The notes beneath the pieces were generated by a model that saw only the letters and a list, made by a program, of their open reading frames with translations, was not told the origin of the DNA and made no database searches. A DNA stretch of 64,000 nucleotides from Eledone cirrhosa (Eukaryota). Positions 1-16,007 of the stretch are shown here, piece after piece (the stretch's first letter is position 1; each line of letters opens with the position of its first letter). The DNA is taken from contig OZ024749.1 of the NCBI GenBank assembly GCA_964016885.1, forward strand, positions 21,142,001 through 21,206,000, given 5' to 3'. A program made the translations under genes and the position numbers.

Positions 1-189
1 CTATCTAATGCTTCCTTGACCATCCTTAGTGGGTTTCCCTCTATTGCAAGATCTTCGATGTCAGTATATATATATATATTATTCTCCTTCTAATCCAACC
101 AATCTCCCATCTTTAGATATTGCCATCTTTCTTGACTAACCGATATAACATATCTCAGTAGAGGGATGAAATATCCTGGTCATTTACTT

Positions 190-350
190 AGTAGAGGAAT
201 GGTTAACAAGTTTACCCTGCAACCATTAGGTCCCGGGTTCGATCCTATGACGTGTTGTCTTGGGCATTAATGTCAGTAACCATAGCCTCGACTCCACCCT
301 TGACTTGTGAGCGAAATCGTGTAGACGAGAACTAATTCAAAGCCCGTCAG
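190..350 (+). mobile_element. degenerate tRNA-derived SINE
   Basis: B-box-like GGGTTCGATCC at ~235-245 followed by TGTTGTCTTGGGCA, as in other SINE copies here. Confidence 0.5.
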
Positions 351-477
351 ATATACCGGTACTACGTATGTATGTATGGTCCCGTAACCTCAGATAAAGT
401 CTTATGGACGCCATATTGACATACGGCGATTCTTGGGCATTTTAAGCCTGGTGGAGGTCATCTCTATCAAGGCTTGA

Positions 478-1200
478 GTACAGTAACATCTGTAGCATCT
501 GTAACAACAAGACAGACAGTAGCATCTTTAACAACAAAGACACACAGTGACATCTGTAACAAGAAAGACACAAAGTCACATCTGTAACAACTAAGACATA
601 CAGTCACATCTGTCACATCTGTAACAACAAAGACAAACACTGTCATCTGTGACATCTGTCACATATGTAACAGCAAAGACACAGTGATATCTGTAGCATT
701 TGTAACAAAAAAAGTCTCATTTGTCACATCTGTAACAACAAAAAACACACAGTGACATCTGTAGCATCTGTCACATCTATAACAACAAAAACACACAGTG
801 ACATCTGTAGCATCTGTGACATCTGTAACAACAAAACCACACAGTGACATCTGTAGCATCTGTGACATCTGTAACAACAAAAACACACAGTGACATCTGT
901 AGCATCTGTCACATCTGTAACAACAAAACCACACAGTGACATCTGTAGCATCTGTCACATCTGTAACAACAAAACCACACAGTGACATCTGTAGCATCTG
1001 TGACATCTGCAACAACAAAAACACACAGTGACATCTGTACCATCTGTCACATCTGTAACAACAAAACCACACAGTGACATCTGTAGCATCTGTGACATCT
1101 GCAACAACAAAAACACACAGTGACATCTGTACCATCTGTCACATCTGTAACAACAAAACCACACAGTGACATCTGTAGCATCTGTAACAACAAAAAACAA
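478..1200. repeat. 46-bp minisatellite built from 9-bp CATCTGT sub-units
   Basis: CAGTGACATCTGTAGCATCTGT recurs at 796, 842, 888 etc.; the overlapping ORFs are artefacts. Confidence 0.9.
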
Positions 1201-1460
1201 AGCAACATTGTCTGTGTATGCTATGAGGTATTGTAGAATTAGCGACGTCTTTTCATGATTCTCAATTAAATGAATAGCTGTGTTCATAAGGCTCTGGCAG
1301 TAATCACATTAGCAGACGACATCGACAAGATAAAATGATAAGAGACGCTGGCAACGACGTTAAGCACTGTGGAATTAATGTAGTTTACCGAATGATGTTG
1401 TGGGGCGTTGTATGTACACATGCATACATATACATACATACACATACATATATATATACA

Positions 1461-1751
1461 TGGTGGCTGCCAACTCGTTTTCGAGTATGGCCACTACTTT
1501 ATATCCATGTAGGAGAACCCCTGCCGATGCGCTGAACAAGTGTGACTTTTTAGTCCTGCCAGCGACTTGAAAACTCTGGTACAAACACTACACCTGTGAC
1601 AATTATTGACACATAGTGCTGGGCCCATGGTACCATGAGACGACAAGTGCAGAGAGATCTCCAGATATAAAGCAATGCCTGTGCCGTGAAGCTTTTATAG
1701 TGAGCAAAGGCACTGCACAAAGCCAGTCCAACTCTCTTAACCAAGATGATA
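1461..1751 (-). mobile_element. truncated copy of a ~600-bp non-coding interspersed repeat (RTE-related SINE-like)
   Basis: near-identical to parts of 9828-10386, 11021-11580 and 33231-33838. Confidence 0.8.
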
Positions 1752-3099
1752 TATATACATACATATATACATACATAAATATATACATACATATAGATAC
1801 ATACATATACATTCATACATACATATATACTTAAATACATACATATAGATACATACATATACATTCATACATACATATATACATAAATACATATACAAAA
1901 ATACATATATTTACATACTTACGTATGTACTTATAGAGACACACACACATATACACACATACATACATACACACACAAACACGCATCGACATACATATAG
2001 AGTTCGACATACATCGACATATGCAGAGACACTCAGGCAGTGGCACAGATAAGCACACTCACACACACACACACTCACTCACACAGACAAACACAGAGAG
2101 ACATACGCACACTCTCACGGAGACTCATACGTAGACAAACACACAGACATACACAGATGAACAGAGACACAGGCAAACGCAATCACAGACACACACACAT
2201 ACAAACCTAGACACAGACACATACAAACCTAGACGCACACAAACCTAGACACAGACACAAACAAACCTAGACACAGACACACACATACAAACCTAGACAC
2301 ACAGGCGCACGGGAACACACATTTGTTTTTGCCAACAGTGTATTAAACATTTCGAGAAAACAAAAGCAGACAAAATGAGTCAATGTAATTGAGAGAGAGA
2401 GAGAGAACAAGAGAGAGCGAGAGAGAAAGAGAGGGAGAGAGAAAGATAGAGAGAGAGGGGGAGAGAGAAAGAGAGAGAGAGAGAGGGCACATATTTGTGT
2501 ATTAATCTCTATCTTTTTTTTTTAGATTTTGCTGGTGACAAGTTTGTCTTTGGCAAAGACAATCATCCGACAAAAACGCCAAATGATTTACGAAACAATA
2601 TGGCGCTGACATTTTTCTTTGAGTCGTCTGCTTTCTTCAATCACCAGACTGTACCTAAATCTGAATTTGCAAGCAAGCGAAATAATGTTCCTTTGCAATA
2701 TATTTCTTCCTGCCTTCATTTTTGTTTGTTTGTTAAGCACAGACTCACGGCTCTTCATTATATCAATGAAAATAACATTATCAATGAAATTAACGGCTGA
2801 ACAGTTTTAATCTAATACAATTTCTGTCACATTTTTAGATAGAGAAGGAAGACAGACACAGGACTAAAGATGGTTGGCGTCCGTTATTATCAAGAAAACG
2901 ACAGACGTGTTATAAACTCGGCCTAGCAATTGAGGTTTCCGAGGCACTGGAGGAATTTGCAGCCATGCACATGTACACATAAAATAACTCGCATATATAT
3001 ATATATATATATACGTTATTCCGGGTTGAATCGGAGGTAACCACAGTAAGTAAGGTACTCAATACATAGCAGAGTATAAAAGTTTATATATATATATAT

Positions 3100-3310
3100 A
3101 TTTATTAAAATAACAGATTAAAGTTTAAGCAAAGAATCACCCTTAACGGGATCTTCTGAAACTAACAAAGTCAATCTGTGAACGCAGAAGTGAATATTTC
3201 AAAAAACGTTGCAACCGGAGGAAGACAGGAAGACGATACTTTGGTTCGTGGAAACGTTCCCTGGCAAAGAACGGGAAAAAACGAATATAATACGTCATAA
3301 CAATTATTTA
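3100..3310 (-). mobile_element. TA-inserted repeat family E (HHR-variant family)
   Basis: matches 34672-35016, 41420-41598 and 4890-4977. Confidence 0.75.
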
Positions 3311-3314
3311 TTAT

Positions 3315-3384
<70 letters not shown>

Positions 3385-3427
3385 GCCTGTATATTCTTTT
3401 CTTGCCTGTGTATTCTCTTTATTCTCG

Positions 3428-3540
3428 CATGCTCCGAAGATCTGACTGGTTATAATTTTGTATTGGCGATCGAGTAACGTGAAAATAAGCGAATAGCGAT
3501 CTCTAGACCTACCAGTTCAGAGAAACAATTGTCAGCTATG
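3428..3540 (+). ncRNA. hammerhead ribozyme, type I, long stem II, U4>C
   Basis: gct-CCGAAGA-tctgactgg...ccagttcaga-GAAAC-aatt-GTC-agc. Confidence 0.65.
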
Positions 3541-3589
3541 AGATTAAAAACCTTTTTTGTATAGCAAACCATGTCAACCTTCTTTCCTG

Positions 3590-3644
<55 letters not shown>

Positions 3645-3710
3645 TCCCAACTGTTCGGATCTAGCTGTCGAAACGGCCGGAGCTCACCTGTCGGGGTCCT
3701 GACTCTTTTC

Positions 3711-3757
<47 letters not shown>

Positions 3758-3939
3758 AATTTATATATAGAATATATATATATAAGAATAATTTTCCGAA
3801 CAGTTTTAAGAATAATTTTCCGAAGAGTTTTTCGAATTAAATCATAATATAATAAAGGGAGGAGTGCAGGACTGCGTCCTGAATATATATTTTTTTTATC
3901 CCGTTTGTAAAATAAGTTGGATTACTTTGAATAAATAAT

Positions 3940-4106
3940 TGTTTCTACTTTTTGGCACAAGGCCAGCAATTACTCAGTACAATACTGGTACTTTATTTTA
4001 TCGACCCCGTAAGGATGAAAGGTAAAGTTAACCTCGGCGGGATTTGAACTCAGATCATAAAGGGACATAACTATGCTAGAAAGCAGGGCGTCTGACCCTC
4101 TACCGA
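3940..4106 (-). mobile_element. tRNA-derived SINE with TTTCATCCTTACGGGGTCGATAAAAT central domain
   Basis: same family at 4548-4760, 29905-30080, 42085-42270 and 52428-52640. Confidence 0.8.
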
Positions 4107-4547
4107 TAAATAATGAATGAATATTACATAATTTATGTACTAAATTTCGTAACTCTTGATTAAATATAAATAATTTTACGGCTTATTTCAAGATTCACTT
4201 CTTTAAAATTTTCAAATATCAACACTTCCGGTTAGCGCCCGTTTTATTATAACACTTATTACATCGCTTATACAAACGTTCATATATTTTCTAATTTCTC
4301 CTAATTTTCTCCTAATGCAGTTTATATATAATATCGTCTTTTTTATATGTATCATGGATTACTTTACTGATTACAGAAGAGAGTGTAACGCAGTCTACAT
4401 TCAATTTCTGGTATATTCTCAATTACGATTTTATTGACGTATCATATCTAAATGTATATATATTTGCGTATAATATCAATATGCACACTACACATGCTAG
4501 AAGAAAACCACCCGAAGGGTGATTTTTCTGTTAGTATTATTAATGAT

Positions 4548-4760
4548 TTCTACTATAGGCACAAGGCCAGTAATTTGGGGCAAGAGAAAAGTCGATTAAA
4601 TCGACCCCAGTACGTTACTGGTACTTTATTTTATCGACCCTGTAAGGATGAAAGCAAAGTTACCCTCGGCAGCTTTTGAACTCAGACCATAAAGGAACGT
4701 GACTCTATGCTGCAAAGCATGGTGTCCGACTCTCTATCGATACTGCCAATCCACCGCCCT
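4548..4760 (-). mobile_element. tRNA-derived SINE (same family as 3940-4106)
   Basis: GAGTTCAAA B-box-like motif and shared central domain on the minus strand. Confidence 0.8.
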
Positions 4761-4987
4761 TCTGCTAGTATTAATAATAATATTCGATTCGTTTGCAAAA
4801 CTCATATTACATTTATTGTATTCAGCCATATAGAGCGATAAACTTTTTGATATATATATATATTTATATATATATATACATATATATATAAACCCGTAGA
4901 GCAAATATTTATTATTAGTACAGATTAAAGTTCAAGCAAAGAATTTATGCTTTAATTCTATTCAGGATCTTCTGAAACATACATACA

Positions 4988-5049
<62 letters not shown>

Positions 5050-5580
5050 CTAATAGATATAGTGTGGGTGTTTGTATATATATATGTGTGTGCATAATTG
5101 GAGCATAAAGCGATAGGTGTATGTTATATATATCCTAGATATCAGCGTTGTGAGACGATGACGACAACATTACCGATGGCTAACGACATTATTGGATATC
5201 AATGCTGTTAATACGGTCGAGGTGAACGTGGAAATATTAGAAATGCTCGGCAAGAGAAAATTAATTGGTGTAGGAACCAGTGAGAGGTGTAAAAAGTGAA
5301 GTAGGCTAACTTGTAGCGTCATATGTGACGTCAAACAACACAGTTCGCTACCAATTTAATCTTCACTATCACAGTTCATACATCTTCCAATCCAGCTCTC
5401 TATCTCTATTTTGCGACTACTTCTACCATACCTTCACCATATATGTATATATATATATATGTATATGTATATATATATATATGTATATGTATATATATAT
5501 ATATGTATATGTATATATATGTATGTAAAAGGTAAACAGAAATAACAACACAATCGGTACAGTATATAGCAGGAAGAACG

Positions 5581-5616
5581 TCTTAACGTTTCGGACGCTA
5601 GTCCTTCATCAGAAGA
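5581..5616 (-). ncRNA. minimal hammerhead ribozyme (family A)
   Basis: minus strand tctt-CTGATGA-a-ggac-tagc-gtcc-GAAACGTT-aaga; palindromic loopless stem III; mutated copies at ~7310-7345, ~12405-12440 and 13366-13401. Confidence 0.8.
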
Positions 5617-5797
5617 AAGAATGAGAAATAAAATATATTGAGTGGACGGGAGGGAGGGATTGAAAAATATGTCTTTAGATAAAAATAACAGGTCCATTGC
5701 CATCACTTGCCCGGGTTCAATCGGCGGTGGGGGGGGGGGGGGGGGGGGTAACCACAGTAAGTAAGGTACTCAATACATAGCAGAGTGTAAATATTTA

Positions 5798-5922
5798 ATA
5801 TAGAAATGGCTTCTACAGGACTAGAACTGTTTCATTCGGGAGAAATCATTAGGAAACATTAGGTTTCCTGATGATTTTTCCCGAATGAAACAGTTCTAGT
5901 CCCGTAGAAGCCATTTCTATAT
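5798..5922. mobile_element. foldback element with HHR-like core (family C)
   Basis: ~55-bp inverted arms; CTGATGA at 5868 and GAAAC at 5887; partial copy at 43605-43660. Confidence 0.6.
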
Positions 5923-5923
5923 A

Positions 5924-5955
<32 letters not shown>

Positions 5956-6059
5956 TCATTTATGTTTTGTGGGTTACCAATGGATAGAACTGGTCTTTCC
6001 ATTTAGTTAACCATGATGTAATTATATATATATATATAATTACATATATATATCTAGGG

Positions 6060-6380
6060 CGGCTGTCCCTCATCGTCACTGCCATGCCCTGCGTCTCCAA
6101 GAGACCAGTGTCAGTCTTTAGGGCATCAACATATGTCAACCTCGGTCTTCCTCTTCCAGTGTGTCCATGCAGGGGCCCCCACAGGAGCACTGAGTGCAGT
6201 GTCAACACTGGATGTCGGTGAGTATGTCCAGCTAACCTCAGTTTCCTCTGTGCTAGTTTCGAGCTGACTTTTGGGAGGCTCTCGTACAGCTCTGAGTTCT
6301 TCATCCTCAGTGTACACTGATTAATGTTCAGAGCCATCCTCAGCATTCTCGTGTAGCACCCATCCACCATAAAGAGTCGA
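6060..6380 (-). pseudogene. RTE-clade LINE ORF C-terminal fragment
   Basis: RKLRLAGHTHRH...VLLW.P..G..GRGRPRLTYVD is typical of the RTE ORF end. Confidence 0.7.
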
Positions 6381-6503
6381 GACCCAACGGCTGAGCTCAT
6401 GCCGCTTCAACAGCTAAACTGGTTCCATATATATATATATTCTGTGTCTATGTGCGTGTAATTACGTTTGTATATATCTATTTTTAAATATATATACATA
6501 TTA

Positions 6504-6575
<72 letters not shown>

Positions 6576-6709
6576 CTGTGTGTGTTTGTGTGTAAATGTA
6601 TGTTTGTATTTGAATCTATCTACCCACTATATTTATGTGCATTATGTACGTATATATGTATTGTATGTTTGTTTAGTATGATATATATATATACACACGC
6701 ACACGCGCG

Positions 6710-6760
<51 letters not shown>

Positions 6761-7179
6761 ATATTTGGGGAGGGTCATATTTGCGTAATATTGCCAGAAT
6801 TAATAACAGAACACACTCGCTGTTTGGTTGGTTTTCGCTTCTCGCTGTCTTTTATATATATATATCTGCGATCTAACTTACTCGGTCCTCAATGTTGCCA
6901 TTGACTGACCGGCGGTCAAAAATAATACAGATACAATATAGACACAAACACATATATATAGTTTACATAATATATTTTACATAAATCTTTCGTTGCACAT
7001 CTGCAACATCGTCAGTGGTGTTATATTCATTGTTCCTCCTGTTGTGTTGTATGTCTACGCCATTTTTTTTTTGAGTGTGTTCTGTTATTAATTCTGGCAA
7101 TATTACGCAAATATGACCCTCCCCAAATATAACAATATCTGTTTCGACACACGATTTCACATAAAAAACCTCGCAAAAC

Positions 7180-7211
<32 letters not shown>

Positions 7212-7432
7212 ATACACACACACGCAAAAAGTAAACAGAAATAGAGCAAACAACACAGTCAATAAAGAACTATATTAGTTTAACGCTTGAATCTTTTGGA
7301 AAAAAAGTCTAAACTTTTCGGACGCTAGTCTTTCATCAGAAGATAGAATGAGACGTAAAAGTTGAAATAGAAATATAGAATGTCAGAAGAGGAAGAAACG
7401 GAAAAAAAATGAGAAAAACAAACAAACGCGCG

Positions 7433-7767
<335 letters not shown>

Positions 7768-7819
7768 TGTAGTCACGAGGCTGCACGTTCGATCCCCGGG
7801 CGTGACATCTTGAACTAAT

Positions 7820-8078
7820 ATCCATTGGTTCTTCTTATCCATTGGTTCTTCTTATTCATTGGCTCTTCTTATCCACTGGTTCTTCTTATTCATTGGTTCT
7901 TCTTATCCATTGGTTCTTCTTATCCATTGGTTCTTCTTATCCATTGGTTCTTCTTATTCATTGGCTCTTCTTATCCACTGGTTCTTCTTATCCACTGGTT
8001 CTTCTTATCCACTGGTTCTTCTTATCCACTGGTTCTTCTTATCCACTGGTTCTTCTTATCCATTGGTTCTTCTTATCC
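7820..8078. repeat. 17-bp minisatellite (TCCATTGGTTCTTCTTA)n
   Basis: direct inspection, about 15 units. Confidence 0.9.
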
Positions 8079-9501
8079 GTCTGTCTGTCTCACTCTCTAT
8101 ATATTTACATCCATCTCTCTCGTCTACTTACTCCCTGTTTGTTTTTCATATTCTCCTCCAGCCTCCACTTCTTTCTCTTCTTCTTCTCCTCCTTTTCCTC
8201 CACACATCCCACTCACTCTTCCTCCTCACCTTCTCCGCCCCCCATACTCATCACCTCCCCCTTCGTCTATCCACAATATTCTTCTGCTGTCGTCTGTTTT
8301 CTTCCATTTCTGAAAGCCATAGCAGCGGCGGCGGTGGCCTGGAGTAGTGGCGGCAGCTTGGTGGTGGTGGAGTAGTGGTGGTGGCAGACGAGTAGAATGG
8401 CAGTGGCGTGAACTGGCAGCAGTGGCGCCGTGTATCAGTGGCGTCGTGTAGCGGTGGTGTCGTGTAGCGGTGGCGAGAAAGAGAAATAAACGCTTCACCT
8501 CTTCAATAATTACTCAAGTAGGATGTTTTTAAAAAAAGAAAAATGGCTGAAACTTTTAGCTTCTTGTATTTTATTTTTCTCCATTTAGCAAAGAGCATTG
8601 ATGGGCAAGCTTCTATGAAGCAAAGCCCTAATTAAGGTGAACAGTTGAAAGGTGAACGAAGTCAAAGGTGAGAATCTTGGAATGAGATATTTTGGACGAG
8701 AAGACAACCAATCTGTTATTATTTGATCGAAGTTTTCTGATTAACTTTGATTATCAACAAGAAGATCGTTTGTAAAGTAGATAGAGAGTTTTGTAAAGGA
8801 ACGAAATAGATGATTATAAATAAACAAAGAGAGACAGACAACCACGTACACACATACATATATACATGCGCGCACACACACACACACACTCATATATATA
8901 TATACTCATACAGATATAGTCACACACACTCACACACACATACAGCGCTAGAGGCACACATATACACATACTGACACACACACACACACAGACACATATA
9001 TACACACACATACAGATACAGACACATACACACACGTGCATACACAGAGTTTGAGTCACATATATACACACGCTGACACACACAGTCACACACATGCATA
9101 CACACACGCACACACATATATATATATAAATACATCTCTCTCTCTCTCTATATATATATACACATACATATACAGATATAGACATACTCACACACGCATA
9201 TACATTTACGTACATATGTATTCATACTGAGACAATAAAAGTGAAACACACGCATACATATTTATACACACATATATACAGACATAGGTTTACATACAAG
9301 CACATATACACACATGAACATATATAGGCATACAAACACACACAGGCAACAATATTGAAACGCACTCATATAAACATACATATACTCATGTACACATATA
9401 GATATATACACATACACACACAAAAACATTTACCGAGGTAGACAGACAGACATACTCGTACACAAAGGCAAGTCTACTTTCATATAATCACGCAAACAGG
9501 C

Positions 9502-9532
<31 letters not shown>

Positions 9533-9533
9533 T

Positions 9534-9576
<43 letters not shown>

Positions 9577-9827
9577 TATACATACATAAAAACATATATA
9601 TATACATACACACATATATATATATACATACACACACACATATATATATACATACACATATATATATACATACACACACACATATATATATATATACATA
9701 CACACATATATATATACATACATACACACACATATACATACATACACACACACACACATATACATACATATATATATATATATATACATACATACACACA
9801 CACACTTATATATAGATACATATATAT

Positions 9828-10386
9828 GGTGGCTGCCAACTCGTTTTCGAGTACGGCCACTTCTTTATATCCATGTAGGAGAACCCCTACCGATGCGTTG
9901 AACGACTTGAAAACTCTGGTACAAACACTACACTTGTGACAATTATTGACATATAGTGCTGGGCCCATGGTACCATGTGACGACAAGTGCAGAGAGATCT
10001 CCAGATATAAAGCAATGCATGTGTCGTGAAGCTTTTATAGTGAGCAAAGTCACTGCACAAAGCCAGTCCCACTCTCTTGACCAAGATGATATTTACCAAA
10101 AAGAAGAACAAGCCAACATCATTGGATACCATCAGGGTTGCAGGTGTTATATCAGAGTTTTCCTTCTCCTAGAATTCTGCCTTGACAAAGGCTAAGGGGT
10201 CATCTCTCCCGGTGATTTTGAATGGCCATTGACTCTTAAGAGCTCCTTTGCCCTTTGGCAGGTTTTGTTTTTAGTCCTGCAGGATGTCCAAAATCACCCT
10301 CCTCACCAAGAAACCAACGACCCGACCATGAGACAGGTTGTACTGGGATACATGTTACCAGTAGCACCAACTGGTGACCTGACATA
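9828..10386 (-). mobile_element. ~600-bp RTE-related SINE-like repeat
   Basis: multi-copy; contains CTAGGAGAAGGAAAACTCTGA, a motif resembling RTE 5' UTRs; TA-flanked. Confidence 0.7.
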
Positions 10387-10472
10387 GCATATATATATAT
10401 ACATACATATATACATACATATATATATATTTACAAACATATATATACATACATTCATATATATATACACTC

Positions 10473-10505
<33 letters not shown>

Positions 10506-10554
10506 CATACATACATTCATATATATATATACATATATATACATACATACATTC

Positions 10555-10587
<33 letters not shown>

Positions 10588-10816
10588 CATACATTCATAT
10601 ATATATATATACATACATACATTTATATATATATATATACATACATACATTCACACACATATATATATATATATATATTAGAAAGTGAGGTTTCTTTTTA
10701 CAAAATGAAAAATAACCGAGGTGTCCTACACGAGTGAAAGTATAAAGAAAAAGAGATGAAATCGAAAATGCAACTGAAGTCTTATTTTTTTAAAAAATAT
10801 ATATATTTATTTGGTT

Positions 10817-10854
10817 CCTTTACCGGTTTCGCAGTTCTTCTGCTTTTCAAAAGG
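10817..10854 (-). ncRNA. minimal hammerhead ribozyme, U3:A8 variant
   Basis: cctt-TTGAAAA-gcag-aagaa-ctgc-GAAACCGGTA-aagg. Confidence 0.7.
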
Positions 10855-10923
10855 TGAGTTGAGATGGAGGGTCTGTGGTTTATATATATACATACATTCA
10901 TATATATATATATATATACATAT

Positions 10924-10996
<73 letters not shown>

Positions 10997-11020
10997 CATA
11001 CATTCATATATATATATATA

Positions 11021-11580
11021 TGGTAGCTGCCAACTCGTTTTCGAGTATGGCCACTACTTTATATCCATGTAGGAGAACCCCCACTGATGCGTTGAACGAG
11101 TGTGACATTTTAGTCCAGCCAGCGACTTGAAAACTCTGGTACAAACACTACACTTGTGACAATTATTGACACATAGTGCTGGGCCCATGGTACCATGTGA
11201 TGACAAGTGCAGAGAGATCTTCAGATATAAAGCAATGCCTGTGCCGTGAAGCTTTTATAGTGAGCAAAGTCACTGCACAAAGCCAGTCCCACTCTCTTAA
11301 CCAAGATGATATTTACCAAAAAGAAGAACAAGTCAACATCATTGGATACCATCAGAGTTGCAGGTGTTATATCAGAGTTTTCCTTCTCCTAGAATTCTGC
11401 CTTGACAAAGGCTAAGGGGTCATCTCTCCCGGTGACTTTGGATGGCCATTGACTCTTAAGAGCTCTTTTGCCCTTTGACAGGTTTTGTTTTTAGTCCTGC
11501 AGGATGTCCAAAGTCACCCTCCTCACTAAGAAACCTTGGTGGGGTTGCCAGTTTAGTCGCCAATGACCCGACCATGAGAC
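11021..11580 (-). mobile_element. ~600-bp RTE-related SINE-like repeat
   Basis: near-identical to 33231-33838; a further fragment at 11836-11916. Confidence 0.75.
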
Positions 11581-11691
11581 ATATATATACATACATACAC
11601 ACACATATATATATACATACATATATATATATATATACATACACACACACACATATATATATATACATACATACATACATACATACATACA

Positions 11692-11727
<36 letters not shown>

Positions 11728-11770
11728 TATACATACACACACATATATATACACACACACACACATATAT

Positions 11771-11831
<61 letters not shown>

Positions 11832-12915
11832 ATATGGTGGCTGCCAACTCGTTTTCGAGTACGGCCACTACTTTATATCCACGTAGGAGAACCCCTACCG
11901 ATGCGCTGAACGAGTGATATATATATATATACATACACACATATATATACATACATATATATATATACATACATACACACACACACATATATATATATAT
12001 ATACATACGTATATATATAAATATATACATACACACACATATATATACATACATACATACGTACGTACGTATGTATATATGTATGTATATATGTATATAT
12101 GTATGCATGCATGTAAAGTATGTATATATGTTTGTATGCAATGTATGTATGTACGTATATATGTATGTCAAAAAGATCATTATCAACAAGAAAAAGCCAC
12201 AGATAAATAATAGATTGGAAATGCGCGAGGCTCATTGGTTCGATAACGGCTTGCGTATATATATATATATATATATATATATTGGTGTTATATATATATA
12301 TATATATATTCTTTACCTTTTCTACGGAAATATATATATATATATATAAGGTAAACAGAAATAAGAACACAATCATTACAGTATAAGGAAGGAATATAAG
12401 AGGGTCTTAACTTTTCGGACGCTAGTCCTTTATCAGAAGAAAGAATGAGAAATTGGAAAGATTGAGTGGGGAGGGGGGCGGGGGGTGCATATGTCAAGAT
12501 CTTCAGGGCTTCCCAAGACTGACCTGCAGGGAACTGGGTGCAACCATGATGAGAACAGAGAGTCGAGAGGAATGGAAGGAGATGCTTGCCAAGTCATCTG
12601 TGGCGCTCCAACGGTTCGCGGGTGTCCTTTTACATCACGGATCACAGGCCTCGCGTACCAAGACTGAATAGAGTCTGATTTACCGCCTTGGGTCCTGTTT
12701 CCCTCATGGACTCAACTCGCATCACCAATTTCTTTAATATTACACATATACTTTCGTGCTTACTTCTCTGCCTTTGCCCCATCACGATCACCCAGTCCGT
12801 TATCACACACGCGCGATTCCTATGGCTCTCTTAAGTTCAGAAACATATACTCTTAGCAGTGACACAGACTAACAAAATAAATACACACGCCTCTACATTT
12901 CCCTTCACAGCTCTG

Positions 12916-13004
<89 letters not shown>

Positions 13005-13482
13005 ACACACACACACACACCCTTATATTAACATACTTTTGCTCACAGCTTCGTACTTACAAGCACACACACACTCTTTTACTTACATATACACACACAC
13101 ATATCCTCTTAACTTCGTACGGACGTATAATATCACACACACACGTATAGCTCTATATAGCTCTATATATAGCTCTATATATTTTCCATTTCAGGTAGAC
13201 GCGCTTCATCATCCACTTTTCTAAAAAAGTATATCATACACAAAACGCCAGCACCAACAGTTTTGCAAGAGATGTCAACATGAAGGGACATGTTATTTTT
13301 CTCTACAAACATTTTTTCCGATTCCACCCCGCCCGTCCCTTCAATCGTTCTAATTTCTCATTCTTTCTTCTGATGAAGGACTAGCGTCCAAAACGTTATG
13401 AACCTCTTCCTGCTTTTCAAGCGTTAACCTAATATATTCCTTCCATATACTGTACCGATTGTGTTATTTCTGTTTACCTTTT

Positions 13483-13517
<35 letters not shown>

Positions 13518-13590
13518 CACACACATATAAGCTTAACTTTGTCTTTTATCCTTCTGTGATCAATGAAATATACCAGTATTCAAGAACTGG

Positions 13591-13683
<93 letters not shown>

Positions 13684-14029
13684 GTATATATAAGTCCGGC
13701 GAGTTTTGGATCCCAGAGTCGGGCCAGATCAATACGGATCGAACTTTAAACTTTTCAGTACCGAAACACGCGTCACATCTCAATAAACGTAATGAAGACC
13801 TAACAAATCGTCCTTTTTATTATTAGTATATATATATATATTATATATATATATATATATATACATATCACACACGCGCATATCTCTCTCTCTATATATA
13901 CATACGCACACACACACACATATATATATGTATATATACAAATAAAAGGCAGAGTTAATAACTCCTATTGATACCCTGTAATTAACAAGCTCAAAGTATA
14001 AATACTGAGCATTATATAATAATATATGT

Positions 14030-14350
14030 AGTAATAAACACAGTAAATCGTGTGTCTAAAATTACGAGGGTTGAAATACCACGTTGGTTTGACGAATTTA
14101 ACCAGAAGCAAACGGAATATACAGAAAATATACAGACCGTCTCAATAACTATTACATCTCCCGAACAGATTAGGGATTTAATCTGTTTCGCCCTGAGAAT
14201 TATGTTTGTAACAGATAATCCGTGGGCATCATCAGCGAGACGGTCTGTATATTTTCTGTATTTTCCGTTTGCTTCTGGTTAAATTTGTCAAACCAACGTG
14301 ATATTTCAACCCTCGTAATTTTAGACACACGATTTACTGTTTATTACTAC
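14030..14350. mobile_element. foldback element with an HHR in its loop
   Basis: arms 14030-14143 and 14237-14350 are inverted; TA-flanked. Confidence 0.8.
14159..14240 (-). ncRNA. hammerhead ribozyme, type I
   Basis: tctcg-CTGATGA-t-gccc...gggc-GAAAC-agatta-aatccc-taatct-GTT-cggga. Confidence 0.8.
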
Positions 14351-14416
<66 letters not shown>

Positions 14417-15181
14417 TATATATGTATATATATATACCATACACACACACGAACACACACACTCGCACATATAACACATACGGACACACACACACCGCTC
14501 CCACATATAACACATACGCACACACACATATGCACACAAAGAAAAAAAACACAAGCCAAGTATCGTTTTTCTATTAAATATTTTGTTTAAAATATATTAA
14601 AAAGGCAATAAAATTTCACTAAAAGAGTTACTATTTCAGACAGATATTCAATAATATATCGGAATTGTGTGTCGCCATTTTGAATCACACAAAGAAGCAA
14701 ACAAACGAATTGAATTCAGGAAAAAATATTTTTAGTCCACACCAAGTCAGGGACAATATGACTTTTTAAAAAACATATTTTCCCGTTTGTTTTTCTTTCT
14801 AGGAAATTTATTTATGGCCTTTTATTTAAAAATGAAAAAAAAGCCCCCCTCCCCCCAAAAAAAATAACAACAAGAAACAAAATAAACACAAAACCAACAA
14901 AAAATAAATAAATAAAATAAAAAATTAAACAGCGGAAACAACCCCTAAAAAAGAAAAAAAAAACGGATTCGAAATATTTGTGAAAGATTGCTTAAATTCC
15001 GCACAATACAATAGAATCTGGAATGTACGAATATGCATGAACACAAAATATCTGTATGTATATATATGTGATATATATATATATATATATATATGTAGGA
15101 GGTGAGTTTTATTGTAGTACAATAAAGCAATGCAGATATCGGATAAGAAGCACTCTACAGTTTGTGGGACTGGAGTATGCA

Positions 15182-15793
<612 letters not shown>

Positions 15794-15971
15794 CATATAT
15801 ATATATGTATGTATACATATATACACATATGCTTTTATATATATATGTATGTATATATATACATATATATGTATGTATATATATACATATATATATATGT
15901 ATGTACATATACGTATGTATATATATATACATATACTTATATATATATGTATATATATATATCCATTTACT

Positions 15972-16007
<36 letters not shown>

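Noticed and set aside
478-1200. Regular repeat array resembling CRISPR, with Cys-rich ORFs
   Set aside because: No unique spacers; it is a plain 46-bp minisatellite in eukaryotic DNA
8589-8667. Segment bounded by good splice acceptor and donor motifs
   Set aside because: Stops in all three frames and no supporting evidence; could only be a non-coding exon
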